From Bacteroidota bacterium (GTDB lineage Bacteria; Bacteroidota; Bacteroidia; NS11-12g; UBA955), in contig JAEUUL010000038.1 of NCBI GenBank assembly GCA_016787485.1, positions 44,816 to 108,815 on the forward strand: a stretch of 64,000 nt of DNA. The letters run 5' to 3'. Under the pieces are notes generated by a model. That model had not been told where the DNA came from and did not search any database. It saw only the letters and a list, made by a program, of their open reading frames with translations. Every line of letters starts with the position of its first letter. The first letter of the stretch is position 1. Below are positions 31,404-41,943 of this stretch, in pieces. The translations under genes and the position numbers were made by a program.

Positions 31404-32719
31404 ACAAGATCTGGGTTATACTGAAAAGAGAATACCTTACCCGTGTCCGCAATAAAACGTTTATAATCATGACGTTTGCCGGACCATTGATTATAGCGGC
31501 TTTCTATGCAGCCATTGCATTGGTCATCACAAGGGATGCATCGGACAAGGAGAAGAAAACGGTGTTTATCTCAGACGAGTCCGGCGTTTTCAATGCTGCG
31601 CTGGACAGCATGGGAAATTACCGCTTTGTGCAAAAGAAACTGGAAGAAAATGAAGCCCGGAAAGCGGTACAGAATAAATCCGCGCATGCTGTTCTGCTCA
31701 TCCGTGACCTCAACTTATATAAACTGGATTCTGTAACCTGGCTATCGCAAAAAACATTATCAATCAAACAAAGCGAAGAACTGAGAAGCACCCTGTCGGA
31801 AATTGTGTACCGGAAAAACCTGACCCAAATGGGATTGAGGCAAAGTACCATAGATAGTTTGAGGCCAAAAACGCGGTTACAGATGCTTGAGATTGACCAG
31901 GAGGGGAATGCAAAATCTTCCAGTACCGGAATCAAAAGTGGCATTGGATTTGGCCTTGCTTTGCTTATTTATCTCTTCATTTTCCTGTATGGCAACATGG
32001 TCATGCGCAGTGCCCTGGAGGAGAAAACAAACCGGATTGTAGAAGTGATTGTGAGTAGTGTAAAACCTTTCCAGATGATGATGGGCAAGATACTGGGCGT
32101 AGCCCTGGTGGGATTAACCCAATTTACTGCATGGCTTATTCTGGGGGGCATTGCCATTGCCGCAATTGGGTCTGCAGTGGGAATGAAAGGTCCGGCTGGC
32201 ATGCAGCAAACAATGAAAACCATGCCTGCACAAAACACACAGGAAATTCAAAAAATCATGGAACAATCTGAAGGACTGGATGCGCTGTTCAATCTGCCTT
32301 ATACCCAGATTATCGCCGTATTTCTGTTGTTTTTTCTGGGCGGATACCTCCTGTACAGCAGCTTGTTTGCGGCCATCGGTTCTGCAGTTAACCAGGAAAC
32401 AGATGTACAGCAATTTATTTTTCCCGTTTCCATGCCCCTGGTATTTGGATTTGTCATTGCACAAACGGTGGTTTTTCAGGATCCAAATGGCCCGATGGCC
32501 AAATTGTTCTCCTATATTCCGTTCACATCGCCAGTGGTGATGATGGTCAGAAGTCCGTTTGGTGTTAGCTGGGCAGAGATTGCCATTTCTGCATCCATCC
32601 TGTTTCTCACATTTCTGTTCTTTGTATGGATTACCGGTCGCATTTACCGTGTAGGCATTCTCATGTATGGGAAAAAACCCACCTGGAAAGAACTGGGAAA
32701 ATGGATATTTATGAAATAA
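31400..32719 (+). CDS. ABC-2 transporter permease (NatB-like)
   Basis: MNKIWVILKREY start (ATGA overlap), EEKTNRIVE, GKILG, multiple TM helices. Confidence 0.92.
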   Translation: MNKIWVILKREYLTRVRNKTFIIMTFAGPLIIAAFYAAIALVITRDASDKEKKTVFISDESGVFNAALDSMGNYRFVQKKLEENEARKAVQNKSAHAVLLIRDLNLYKLDSVTWLSQKTLSIKQSEELRSTLSEIVYRKNLTQMGLRQSTIDSLRPKTRLQMLEIDQEGNAKSSSTGIKSGIGFGLALLIYLFIFLYGNMVMRSALEEKTNRIVEVIVSSVKPFQMMMGKILGVALVGLTQFTAWLILGGIAIAAIGSAVGMKGPAGMQQTMKTMPAQNTQEIQKIMEQSEGLDALFNLPYTQIIAVFLLFFLGGYLLYSSLFAAIGSAVNQETDVQQFIFPVSMPLVFGFVIAQTVVFQDPNGPMAKLFSYIPFTSPVVMMVRSPFGVSWAEIAISASILFLTFLFFVWITGRIYRVGILMYGKKPTWKELGKWIFMK

Positions 32720-32864
32720 CTACGGATTAAGTCATTCATATTTTTTTTAGTATTTTAATACTAATTTTATCCTTTAGTACTTTCATACTAAATGAATATA
32801 TATTCTGAATATTTTTACTTCAAAATTTGATTTATTCAGAACAACTGCGACATTTGTTTCAGAC

Positions 32865-33839
32865 ATGGAAACCAAAAACGGATTTAATCTGATGACTCCG
32901 GCTGAATTTGAAAGCTGGATTACGGCACAAAATGTAGCACGTACCATCCTGTATGTGCAGCAACACCACACCTATATTCCCAATTACGCCCATTTCAATG
33001 GCAGCAATCATTTTACCCTGCAACAGGGCATGAAAAACTCGCATGTGGCATTGGGCTGGGTGGATGTTGCCCAGCATTTCAGCATCTTCCCGGATGGCAA
33101 AATCTGCACGGGACGCAGTCTGGAATGGAATCCGGCCGGTATTTACGGCTTTAACAGCTATGCCATCTGCATAGAAAACGTAGGATACTTCGACACCGGC
33201 AACGACACCATGAATGCGGCACAGGCCGACAGCATTGTCAGGGTCACTGCTGCCTTGTGCAAAAGGTTTGGCATTCCGGTAAACGAAGACCGCATTGTAT
33301 ATCACCACTGGTTTGATCTGAACAACGGGGCACGTACCAATGGCAGTGGGGTTACCAAAACCTGCCCCGGGACCGGATTCTTTGGCGGAAACACTGTAGC
33401 TGCCGCCAAGGCAAATTTCTATCCGAAAGTTCAGGCGATACTCCAGGGCTCAGGTCCGGCTGCACAGCCCCCTGCGGTTCTGAAATACGGATGTGTAAAC
33501 ACCAATGTGCTGAATGTGCGCACCACAGCATCCTCATCGAGCCCTGTGACAAACACCGTCAGACTCGGTTCTGTAATCCGCATTTATGAGGAGAAGAATG
33601 GCTGGTACCGAATTTCTGCCAGCAGACAGGAATGGGTGTACGCCAGTTATGTAAAAATCGTAAAACGGGCTACGGTAAATGCGGATGTACTGAACGTTCG
33701 TTCGGGTCCGGGAACAAACTTTAACAAAATGGCGGAGGTAAGAAAGAATGAAGAAGTTTTTGTCTATGATGAACAGAATGACTGGTGCAAAATCAGTCTG
33801 GATGAACGCTGGGTGAGCAAGGCTTACCTCACATTCTGA
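32865..33839 (+). CDS. N-acetylmuramoyl-L-alanine amidase (Amidase_2) with two SH3b domains
   Basis: QQHHT, AQHF, ICIENVG, YHHW, KTCPG Zn-amidase motifs; two LNVR..S/GP SH3b repeats; no signal peptide. Confidence 0.88.
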   Translation: METKNGFNLMTPAEFESWITAQNVARTILYVQQHHTYIPNYAHFNGSNHFTLQQGMKNSHVALGWVDVAQHFSIFPDGKICTGRSLEWNPAGIYGFNSYAICIENVGYFDTGNDTMNAAQADSIVRVTAALCKRFGIPVNEDRIVYHHWFDLNNGARTNGSGVTKTCPGTGFFGGNTVAAAKANFYPKVQAILQGSGPAAQPPAVLKYGCVNTNVLNVRTTASSSSPVTNTVRLGSVIRIYEEKNGWYRISASRQEWVYASYVKIVKRATVNADVLNVRSGPGTNFNKMAEVRKNEEVFVYDEQNDWCKISLDERWVSKAYLTF

Positions 33840-33864
33840 AGAGAAACTCAAGACGGATTGGGCA

Positions 33865-34758
33865 TCAGCGCACAAACCGAACAAACGTTCCGGTAGGCAA
33901 ACCCCTGCCCGAACGATCATTCAATATCAGTTCACCACTGTCAAATTTCTGGCCCGGGAAATGATCCTGTATGAGATTCTCTGTGATTAAGGGAGAAAAT
34001 CCCATGCTGTAAAGATTGATCAGGAGAAAAGCATTCTTGCCTTCAAGCAATTGGGCACACAGACCCAGCAACTCATTGATTTGTTTTTCAAGCACCCATT
34101 TTTCCCCGTCAGGCCCGCGGCCATAGGCGGGTGGATCGAGAATGATTCCGTGGTATGTTTTCCCCCGTTTCACTTCGCGTTGTACAAATTTAAAGGCGTC
34201 TTCAACCACCCAACGGATGCCATCCAGGCCGCTGCTTTCCATATTCTCCCGGCTCCAGCTTACCACAGGCTTCACACTGTCTACGTGAGTTACATCAGCC
34301 CCTGCCTGACATGCTGCCAGGGAAGCTCCACCCGTATAGGCGAACAGATTCAGTACTCTGGGTTTCTGCGGTTGCACGGATTGAATTGCAGAAACAGATC
34401 GTGCGATATAATCCCAGTTTTCAGCCTGTTCGGGAAAAATACCCACATGCTTGAACGAGGTGAGTGCAAGCCGCATGCGGAAATGAAGGAGTCCGTTTTT
34501 ATACTGCACCTGCCAGCGATCAGGCATACCGGTTTTCAATTGCCAGTTGCCGGATTCCGCATCTCTGTCATTTTTACGGGTAAACACTGCATGGCACTGC
34601 TTTTCCCATTCTCTTTCAGGCAGCGATTTCGACCAGATGGCCTGTGGTTCCGGACGCCTCAGAATGTATTTCCCGAATCGTTCGAGTTTTTCAAAATCCC
34701 CGGAATCCAGTAATTCATATTCCGGCAAAACAGATGTAACGACCCGATTGAATGACAC
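33865..34758 (-). CDS. Class I SAM-dependent methyltransferase (RlmI-like)
   Basis: YELLDSG..EKLERFG, H.GIFPEQ, LNLFAYTGG, HVD, ILDPP.YG. Confidence 0.88.
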   Translation of the reverse strand: MSFNRVVTSVLPEYELLDSGDFEKLERFGKYILRRPEPQAIWSKSLPEREWEKQCHAVFTRKNDRDAESGNWQLKTGMPDRWQVQYKNGLLHFRMRLALTSFKHVGIFPEQAENWDYIARSVSAIQSVQPQKPRVLNLFAYTGGASLAACQAGADVTHVDSVKPVVSWSRENMESSGLDGIRWVVEDAFKFVQREVKRGKTYHGIILDPPAYGRGPDGEKWVLEKQINELLGLCAQLLEGKNAFLLINLYSMGFSPLITENLIQDHFPGQKFDSGELILNDRSGRGLPTGTFVRFVR

Positions 34759-34865
34759 ATTGCAAAACTACGGATGATTTACCCAATGTTTATTTTATGT
34801 ACAGAAGTGAACAAATCCCAGACTCAGGGAAATCAGATTTTGTATTTAAAGCGAATCACATCCTG

Positions 34866-37481
34866 TCAGAAGAGTGTATTGCCGTTGTTTCCCTTTTCCC
34901 GGGATTCTTCGGCAAATTGCTCCACCACAGATTGGGTGCTGCCTGGCGGTGGTTCACCTACTCTGTTGCCTTTCAGGGTAATTTTTTTCACCTTATCCTG
35001 AGAGAGTTTTGCGCCTACACTCTTCCAGCCTTTTACCTCGGTAAATTCTGCCATTTTAATGAGTGTTTCCTGCTTCACCCCTTTCTTATCCTCAGTTACA
35101 ACCTGGATTTCAGCTTCTTCTGAAGTACTCGCGCACACAAGAGTGGAGCCTTTTTCCTCGCTGATAAAGATGAATTTCTTTCCCATTGTGGTTGTCTCAA
35201 TCTGAAACCGTTTTACAAAATAGTTTTTTGATTTCCCGTCCAGGTAAACAACCTGCAGGTTCTGCGCCGGATAAAATTTCTGCATCAGATATACTTCCTC
35301 CGAATCGAACCGGTTGATGAGTTCGTAATTCGACAACTCATAGGAACCATCATTGTAAATAACCAGAACCCGGTCGTCGCCGTCGAATTCTCCCAGAAAC
35401 TGTCCTCTGCCCTCTCCGTTCAGCCGGCCGGTCATTTCATCGTACCACACTTTCACACCACCCAGGGTGGAAATGCCTTTTTCCCTGAGTTCCACTTTGC
35501 GCACAGGGTAGCGGGTAAGCAGGTTTCCCTGTGCACTTTTTCCCTTAATAGCCAGGGTGGCAAAATCATAATCGAACTGTTTCACCCTTGCGTTCGCCAT
35601 GCTGCTGAGGTGAATGGTAATTTTCTCAGCTTCTCCATTCGGATTGGCTGTAAAATACAGGACATCACTGCCGGGATTACCTGCAGTAAGGTCGTATTCT
35701 TTATCGCGGATGAGTCCTGTGGCATTGAACCGTTTCACCATGGCGCGTTTTGCGGAGCCATCCCAGTAAACCACATTGTAGGTTGTACGTTCATCGTTCT
35801 TGCGCCAAACATCCACATGAACGAGGTCTTTTCCATAAAACACCTTGTCCGACACCTTGCTGATCATATATTTACCATCCTTGCGGAAAGCAATGATGTC
35901 GTCTATATCGCTGCAATCGGTGATGAATTCGTCTTTCTTCAGGCTGGTTCCAATAAATCCCTCCTTTTTATTGGCATACAGTTTCACATTGGCCGCCGCA
36001 ACCACATTGGCCTCAATGGTATCAAACGCCCTTATTTCTGTTTTCCTTTCCTTGCCTTTGCCGAATTTCTTAATGAGATTTTTGAAATAATCCACGGCAA
36101 AATCCACCAGATTTTCCAGATGATGTTTTACACGGGCTATGTCGTCTTCAAGGGCCTGAATATGTTCATCGGCCTTAAAACTGTCGAACTTGGAAATACG
36201 CTTAATGCGGATTTCCGTGAGCCTCACAATGTCTTCCTCAAGCACCGGCCTGCGCAGTCTGGGCTTAAAAGGCTCCAGCCCTTCATCAATGGCAGTAATC
36301 ACCGCTTCCCAGGTCTCTGCTTCTTCTATGTCCCGGTAAATGCGGTTTTCTATGAAGATTTTTTCAAGTGAACTGAAATGCCATTTGTCTTCAAGTTCAC
36401 CCAACTCAATTTCCAACTCTCTGCGAAGGAGATGCAGGGTATTGTTGGTGCATTCTTTGAGTATTTCGTTTACAGAAAGAAACCGGGGTTTGTCATCGCT
36501 GATAACGCAGGCAAGGGGTGAAATAGAAATTTCACAGTCTGTAAACGCATACAGTGCATTGATGGCCATATCCGGGCTCACACCGGGCATCAGCTGAATT
36601 TCAATGTCCACTTCTGCAGCGGTGTTGTCTATCACCTTGCGGATTTTTATCTTTCCACTGTCATTGGCCTTGATGATGCTTTCGATGAGACTGCCGGTGG
36701 TGGTACCAAATGGAATCTCGCGAATGGAGAGTGTGCTTTTATCCCGTTCTTCAATTTTTGCACGCACCCGCACCCGGCTTCCCTTTCGCCCCTGGTTGTA
36801 CATGCTGAAATCGGCATATCCGCCGGTGGGGAAGTCGGGAAGTATCTCCACTTTTTTGCCTTTCAGCAAATCAATACTTGCCTCACACAATTCCAGAAAA
36901 TTGTGGGGCATGATTTTGGTGCTGAGACCCACAGCGATTCCCTCTACCCCCTGAGCAAGAAGAAGGGGAAACTTCATAGGCAATGCCACAGGTTCACGCT
37001 TACGCCCATCGTAACTCAACTGCCATTCTGTGGTTTTCTCGTTGAAAGCCACCTCCAGCGCAAACTGAGAAAGGCGGGCCTCAATATATCGCGGCGCGGC
37101 AGCGCTGTCGCCTGTGCGCACATCCCCCCAGTTACCCTGGGTATCGATGAGCAGGTCTTTCTGTCCCAGATTCACCAGGGCATCGCCAATGGCTGCATCG
37201 CCATGCGGATGATAAGCCATGGTTGCCCCAATGATGTTGGCTACTTTGTTAAAACGACCGTCATCCATTTCGTACATCGCATGCAAAATGCGGCGCTGCA
37301 CGGGCTTCAATCCATCATCCAGCGAAGGCACGGCTCTTTCCAGAATCACATAGGATGCATACTCCAGAAACCAATTCCGATATTGTCCGCTTACCGGAAT
37401 AACTGTTCCCAGATGGTGCTCTTCAGCACTATCCTGCTCTTTGTTCAGGTCTGGGTCCGGATTTTCGGGATCGAATGGCAT
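34866..37481 (-). CDS. parC: DNA topoisomerase IV subunit A
   Basis: YASYVILERAVP..DDGLKPVQRRIL, YHPHGD, AAPRYIE catalytic Tyr; Bacteroidota ParC-type C-terminal domain. Confidence 0.92.
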   Translation of the reverse strand: MPFDPENPDPDLNKEQDSAEEHHLGTVIPVSGQYRNWFLEYASYVILERAVPSLDDGLKPVQRRILHAMYEMDDGRFNKVANIIGATMAYHPHGDAAIGDALVNLGQKDLLIDTQGNWGDVRTGDSAAAPRYIEARLSQFALEVAFNEKTTEWQLSYDGRKREPVALPMKFPLLLAQGVEGIAVGLSTKIMPHNFLELCEASIDLLKGKKVEILPDFPTGGYADFSMYNQGRKGSRVRVRAKIEERDKSTLSIREIPFGTTTGSLIESIIKANDSGKIKIRKVIDNTAAEVDIEIQLMPGVSPDMAINALYAFTDCEISISPLACVISDDKPRFLSVNEILKECTNNTLHLLRRELEIELGELEDKWHFSSLEKIFIENRIYRDIEEAETWEAVITAIDEGLEPFKPRLRRPVLEEDIVRLTEIRIKRISKFDSFKADEHIQALEDDIARVKHHLENLVDFAVDYFKNLIKKFGKGKERKTEIRAFDTIEANVVAAANVKLYANKKEGFIGTSLKKDEFITDCSDIDDIIAFRKDGKYMISKVSDKVFYGKDLVHVDVWRKNDERTTYNVVYWDGSAKRAMVKRFNATGLIRDKEYDLTAGNPGSDVLYFTANPNGEAEKITIHLSSMANARVKQFDYDFATLAIKGKSAQGNLLTRYPVRKVELREKGISTLGGVKVWYDEMTGRLNGEGRGQFLGEFDGDDRVLVIYNDGSYELSNYELINRFDSEEVYLMQKFYPAQNLQVVYLDGKSKNYFVKRFQIETTTMGKKFIFISEEKGSTLVCASTSEEAEIQVVTEDKKGVKQETLIKMAEFTEVKGWKSVGAKLSQDKVKKITLKGNRVGEPPPGSTQSVVEQFAEESREKGNNGNTLF

Positions 37482-37561
37482 TGCGGGGCTTCAAAACAAA
37501 TACAAGCCAGGCAACCGTTCAAACAGGGTTATGCACAAAGAATCCAGCGGAATTGCACATT

Positions 37562-38242
37562 CTACAATTTCCACACCAGTGTGGTTCGCAATCCGGTCCT
37601 TCCGGGCAGTATATCCAGGTCCAGGGTTTGTAACGGGGCTGCCGCAGAAGCATTGCGTGAATATGAATACCTTAGGTCCAGCATGCTCACAGGGACACTC
37701 ATTTCCACCAGAAATCCATGATGGATAACTCTTTGCAACCGGGCAACTCCTTCGAGCCGGATGCTTGCCTGTCGACGGGCAGATACTGCCAATCCGTTTA
37801 CAGGATCCAACGCCCTGTTAAAATCAAATATCGGGTTTGCCGCCGCAGCATATTGCAGTCTCCATTGCCCGTTTCTGCTCTGCCAGGTAGTTCTTCCCCA
37901 CTCCAGCCGCGCCGCCATTCTGAAATAACCCGTTTGCAACGATGCTCCCTGATTCTGATTGTCGGTACTGTCCGGCAGATATAGCATCCCTTTATAGTTG
38001 CCGAAACCCAACTGACTGATTCCGGCTTCGGTAAAAAACCCGTTGCTGTTTTCACGGTTTAGCGCGATGATGGGTCGCACTAAATAACCGGCATTGTCTT
38101 TGGGGCGCACAGAATATTCGGGCACCCATTCCAGGGTTTGCATCAACCCGGCCTTAACAAATCGGGACACTCCCTGCCCTGTTAGATATACAGAATGGGA
38201 CAGCAACAGGAAAAGAGCAGCAGTTTTTGGAACCTTGAACAT
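37562..38242 (-). CDS. Hypothetical outer-membrane protein
   Basis: Signal peptide from MFKVPK; amphipathic strands ending in LVWKL. Confidence 0.6.
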   Translation of the reverse strand: MFKVPKTAALFLLLSHSVYLTGQGVSRFVKAGLMQTLEWVPEYSVRPKDNAGYLVRPIIALNRENSNGFFTEAGISQLGFGNYKGMLYLPDSTDNQNQGASLQTGYFRMAARLEWGRTTWQSRNGQWRLQYAAAANPIFDFNRALDPVNGLAVSARRQASIRLEGVARLQRVIHHGFLVEMSVPVSMLDLRYSYSRNASAAAPLQTLDLDILPGRTGLRTTLVWKL

Positions 38243-38405
38243 AAAACCTCCCGACATTGGATACAAAATTCAGCCTTAACAGCCATTTCGCGGGCACCTG
38301 TGCAGCGGTTTTGACAAACCTGCGACCAATTCCGGACAGAGAAATTACAAAGCCCGGCACTCATCGTTTCAATCCCTGATTTGTCGAATGCAAAGACTCA
38401 AAACC

Positions 38406-38435
38406 TGCCATTTTGTCATATTTTTAGTATATTTG
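38406..38435 (+). promoter_or_regulatory. Palindromic site TGCCA-TTT-TGTCA plus -7 promoter TATATTTG
   Basis: Palindrome at 38406-38418 and TAnnTTTG at 38428-38435, upstream of the Fis-family regulator. Confidence 0.5.
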
Positions 38436-38474
38436 CGCTAAAATTGTTAGTTACGAACGGAGGGGAATTTTTTG

Positions 38475-39731
38475 ATGGAAATACAGAGTATAAAACAACG
38501 ATTCGGGATTATTGGCAATAGTCCATTGCTTAACACGGCTTTGGAAACTGCTGTAAAAGTAGCCCCTACAGATATGAATGTGCTGATTCTGGGAGAAAGT
38601 GGAGTGGGCAAAGAGAGCTTCAGTAAGATTATTCACCAGCTCAGTGGAAGAAAGCATGCTCCTTTTATTGCTGTAAACTGTGGTGCCATTCCCGAAGGTA
38701 CGATAGACAGTGAATTGTTTGGCCATGAAAAAGGTGCCTTTACCGGGGCAACGGATAAGCGCAAAGGTTACTTTGAAACTGTCAATGGCGGTACCATATT
38801 TCTGGATGAGGTGGGCGAACTTCCTTTGGGAACACAAGCCAGACTTCTTCGCATACTGGAAAACGGAGAGTTTATAAAGGTTGGAAGCAGCGCGGTCCAA
38901 AAAACAGATGTACGTGTGGTATGTGCAACCAACCGCGACCTGCTGGAAAGAAGCCGGCAAGGCAAATTCCGTGAGGATTTGTATTATCGTCTGGCTACGG
39001 TTCCCATTCGTGTTCCCAGACTGAGTGAACGAAAAGAGGACATTTATCTGCTGTTTCGCAAGTTTGCCAGTGATTTTGCGGAATCTCACCATAGCCGCCT
39101 GCTTGAACTCACCCCGGAAGCACAGCAATTGCTGAGTCAATACAACTGGCCGGGAAATGTGAGGCAACTGAAGAACGTGACTGAGCAAATTTGTGTATTG
39201 GAAGACGGACCTGTAATCGGCGCTGACGTTTTAGCGCGATATCTGCCTGCAACTGAGCCCAGCCTGCCTATGCTTCTGGGAAAAACCGACAGTTTTGGGG
39301 AAGGAATGAGTGAACGGGATGTGTTTTACAAAGTATTGCTGGATATGCGCAGGGATGTAAATGACCTGAAAAAGGTGGTTTTCGGCATGCTTGAAGGCAG
39401 TTCTATGCCTGCACAGCAGTCGGCTCAGGCGCTGCACACTCCTGCTGATGCGAATACCCAGTCCACCTTGGTAATTGCACCTGCCGCGATACCTTCCGTC
39501 ATCAATGAGCCGGTCATACTGGCAGAACAGACAGAAACGCCGGAACATGAATATGTTGAGGCAGAAAGCCTGATTGATAACAGTGACAACCTGAGCCTGG
39601 AGAGCAAAGAACTGGAACTGATACAGCGTGCGCTGGAAAAAAACAGAGGCAAACGCAAACTGGCGGCTGAAGATCTTGGCATTTCCGAACGTACACTGTA
39701 CCGCAAAATCAAGCAATATGAACTGGACTAA
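38475..39731 (+). CDS. Sigma-54-interaction (AAA+) Fis-family transcriptional regulator, no receiver domain
   Basis: GESGVGKE, ELFGHEKGAFTGA, FLDEVGE, FREDLYYRL, WPGNVRQL, C-terminal HTH LGISERTLYRKI. Confidence 0.95.
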   Translation: MEIQSIKQRFGIIGNSPLLNTALETAVKVAPTDMNVLILGESGVGKESFSKIIHQLSGRKHAPFIAVNCGAIPEGTIDSELFGHEKGAFTGATDKRKGYFETVNGGTIFLDEVGELPLGTQARLLRILENGEFIKVGSSAVQKTDVRVVCATNRDLLERSRQGKFREDLYYRLATVPIRVPRLSERKEDIYLLFRKFASDFAESHHSRLLELTPEAQQLLSQYNWPGNVRQLKNVTEQICVLEDGPVIGADVLARYLPATEPSLPMLLGKTDSFGEGMSERDVFYKVLLDMRRDVNDLKKVVFGMLEGSSMPAQQSAQALHTPADANTQSTLVIAPAAIPSVINEPVILAEQTETPEHEYVEAESLIDNSDNLSLESKELELIQRALEKNRGKRKLAAEDLGISERTLYRKIKQYELD

Positions 39732-40227
39732 AATTCTTATTGCCGGCGCGGCATTGTTGCTTTCTTCCTGTTGTGGAAAATGGTACAATTTCCGGGGAGT
39801 AAACATCCCGGCAGATGTACAAACCTTCTCTGTTGACTTTTTCGGAAACGAGGCGCAACTTGTGAATCCACAGCTCAGCATGAACTTCACAGAAAAACTG
39901 AAAAACAAATTCCAGGGTGAAACGAGACTGGGATTGAGCAGTTCCAGCGGAGATTTCAAACTCAGCGGGGCCATAAAGGATTACCGGGTGGAACCAGCCG
40001 CACTGAACAACACCACTGGTACTTCTCAAAACAAATTCACCATCTCAGTGCGGGTCACATTTGAGTGTCCAAAACACCCGGAAAAGAACTTTACCGACCG
40101 TGAATTCTCATTTTTCCGCACATTTGATGCGACAGAAAACTTTTCCGGTGTGGAAAGCAATTTGTCAGCAGACATTTCAGACAATATCATACAGCAGATA
40201 TTTGCTGCCATAGCACTGGACTGGTGA
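39718..40227 (+). CDS. lptE: LPS-assembly lipoprotein LptE family
   Basis: Lipobox LLSSC after MNWTK; YNFRG..IP, terminal IF..A..DW; conserved position between the Fis regulator and secG. Confidence 0.75.
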   Translation: MNWTKILIAGAALLLSSCCGKWYNFRGVNIPADVQTFSVDFFGNEAQLVNPQLSMNFTEKLKNKFQGETRLGLSSSSGDFKLSGAIKDYRVEPAALNNTTGTSQNKFTISVRVTFECPKHPEKNFTDREFSFFRTFDATENFSGVESNLSADISDNIIQQIFAAIALDW

Positions 40228-41516
40228 ACGCAGAAAAACTCTCACAAATCGGGCTTACCCCGGGGTTGATTACTCCACAGGATGCGCTGGAACTGGAACA
40301 GCTCGCCAGGGATTTCCCTTGGTTCGCCACACCACAGGTATTGTTGTGCCGTTATTACCACGAGCACAATGACTACCGCTATGCAGAAAACCTGACCAGA
40401 ACTGCACTGCGGGTTCCTGACCGGGCATGGTTGAAAGACTGGATACATCACAACCCTGAACCGGAAAATGATGCCGTTGTGGAAGAATTGCCAGCCGCAA
40501 CGGAACCGCATGCAGAAGCCACCAAAGACATTGAAGAAAACGAAACAGTGGCAATCCTGCCCGCAAGTGAAGTGGCAGAGGCAGACACCTCAGTTGACAC
40601 AGCAATTACACACGCAGTAACTGGAACCGGAACTGCGCCGGAGGCTGAAGCACAAATGATGATTGAAAACCCTCCTGAGAAAGAAGAAAAGCTGTCCGAT
40701 CCGTGGCCGGAGGAAGAGGTATTTGAGGAAATAGGCACGTTTGATGAAGCCCTGACTCCCACGACTATCCCGGAAATTGAAGTACAGAACCGGATTGAGG
40801 CACCCGTGCAGGACCAGATTGAGGAGAGATCAGAAATCAGGGAAGTGGAATATACAGGGACTGTGCTCATGCCCGGCGACTCCGGGGCTTTGTCGTTGCT
40901 TGAAGCCAGTGATGAAGACCTGAGAGCCGAAACACCCGGACCTGACCTTTACAATGCCGGGATACGGTTACAGGTGCTGGATGAAACAGAGGGAACCATG
41001 GCTGCCAGCTTAAAGACAGAATCAGCCGAAAAACAGCCGGTTTCAAAACCAGAATCTGAATACGAAGACATTCCCCGGCCCAAACTCGTAAAACGCGCCG
41101 CGGTATACAACATAGAAGACTATTTCAGTGAAGAGCCGGAAATACAGACGGGAGATGACTTTTTTTCCTGGCTCAGCCACCCTCGCAAACCAGAGAACAG
41201 GCAACAGCCGGAAGATGCAACCCTCAGGCAAGACGAGCACAAAACGCACAAGGACGAACTAATAGACCGCTTTATTCGCACCAATCCAGGGGTAAGCAGA
41301 CCCAAGGCAGAGTTTTATCAACCCCAGTTACAGGCTAAAAAAAGTGAAACACTGCCCGATGACCTTGTCACAGAAACACTGGCACGGGTATACGAAAAAC
41401 AGCAGAATTTTCAGGGCGCAATCCGCATTTACGAGAAGTTGCAATTGAAATTTCCGCAGAAAAGTACGTACTTTGCAGCCCTGATCGAAAAAATTAAAGA
41501 AGAACTCAAATCATGA
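40224..41516 (+). CDS. TPR-containing conserved hypothetical protein with acidic linker
   Basis: FPWF N-terminus; LIDRFI...LVTETLARVY..Q...AIRIYEKL.LKFP.KS.YFA C-terminus. Confidence 0.8.
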   Translation: MNAEKLSQIGLTPGLITPQDALELEQLARDFPWFATPQVLLCRYYHEHNDYRYAENLTRTALRVPDRAWLKDWIHHNPEPENDAVVEELPAATEPHAEATKDIEENETVAILPASEVAEADTSVDTAITHAVTGTGTAPEAEAQMMIENPPEKEEKLSDPWPEEEVFEEIGTFDEALTPTTIPEIEVQNRIEAPVQDQIEERSEIREVEYTGTVLMPGDSGALSLLEASDEDLRAETPGPDLYNAGIRLQVLDETEGTMAASLKTESAEKQPVSKPESEYEDIPRPKLVKRAAVYNIEDYFSEEPEIQTGDDFFSWLSHPRKPENRQQPEDATLRQDEHKTHKDELIDRFIRTNPGVSRPKAEFYQPQLQAKKSETLPDDLVTETLARVYEKQQNFQGAIRIYEKLQLKFPQKSTYFAALIEKIKEELKS

Positions 41517-41812
41517 CCTTTATACTCATACTCGGAATCATCGTTTCCATCCTGCTGATGCTAATCATTCTGGTGCAAAACCCCAAAGGTGGAGGGCTCG
41601 CTTCCAACTTCTCACAGGGCAACCAGATTTTTGGCGTGGAACGCACCACAGATATCGTAGAAAAAATCACCTGGGGTGGTGCCATTCTCATAGTAGTTAT
41701 TTCCCTGGTAGCCGCATCTTTTGGCAAACCTGCCACTTCCAAGCGCAACTCAAACAAGCCTGCTACAGAGCAGAAAGCTGACCTTCCGGACGTGAAAGTT
41801 CCGAAGAAATAA
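41513..41812 (+). CDS. secG: Preprotein translocase subunit SecG
   Basis: ILVQNPKGGGL...F...QIFG....DIVEKITW; two TM helices. Confidence 0.93.
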   Translation: MTFILILGIIVSILLMLIILVQNPKGGGLASNFSQGNQIFGVERTTDIVEKITWGGAILIVVISLVAASFGKPATSKRNSNKPATEQKADLPDVKVPKK

Positions 41813-41831
41813 GACACTACCTTGATACACG

Positions 41832-41861
41832 AAAAGGCCGTTCGCAAGACGGCCTTTTTTT
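41832..41861 (+). terminator. Rho-independent terminator
   Basis: aaaaggccgt-tcgcaag-acggcctttttt. Confidence 0.85.
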
Positions 41862-41943
41862 GTGACCGTTGAAAAATTATCTGACCTTTCAGGCAACTTG
41901 CCCTTAAAATATCGTCTTAGTGTTAAAAGCAATTGTTGATGTT

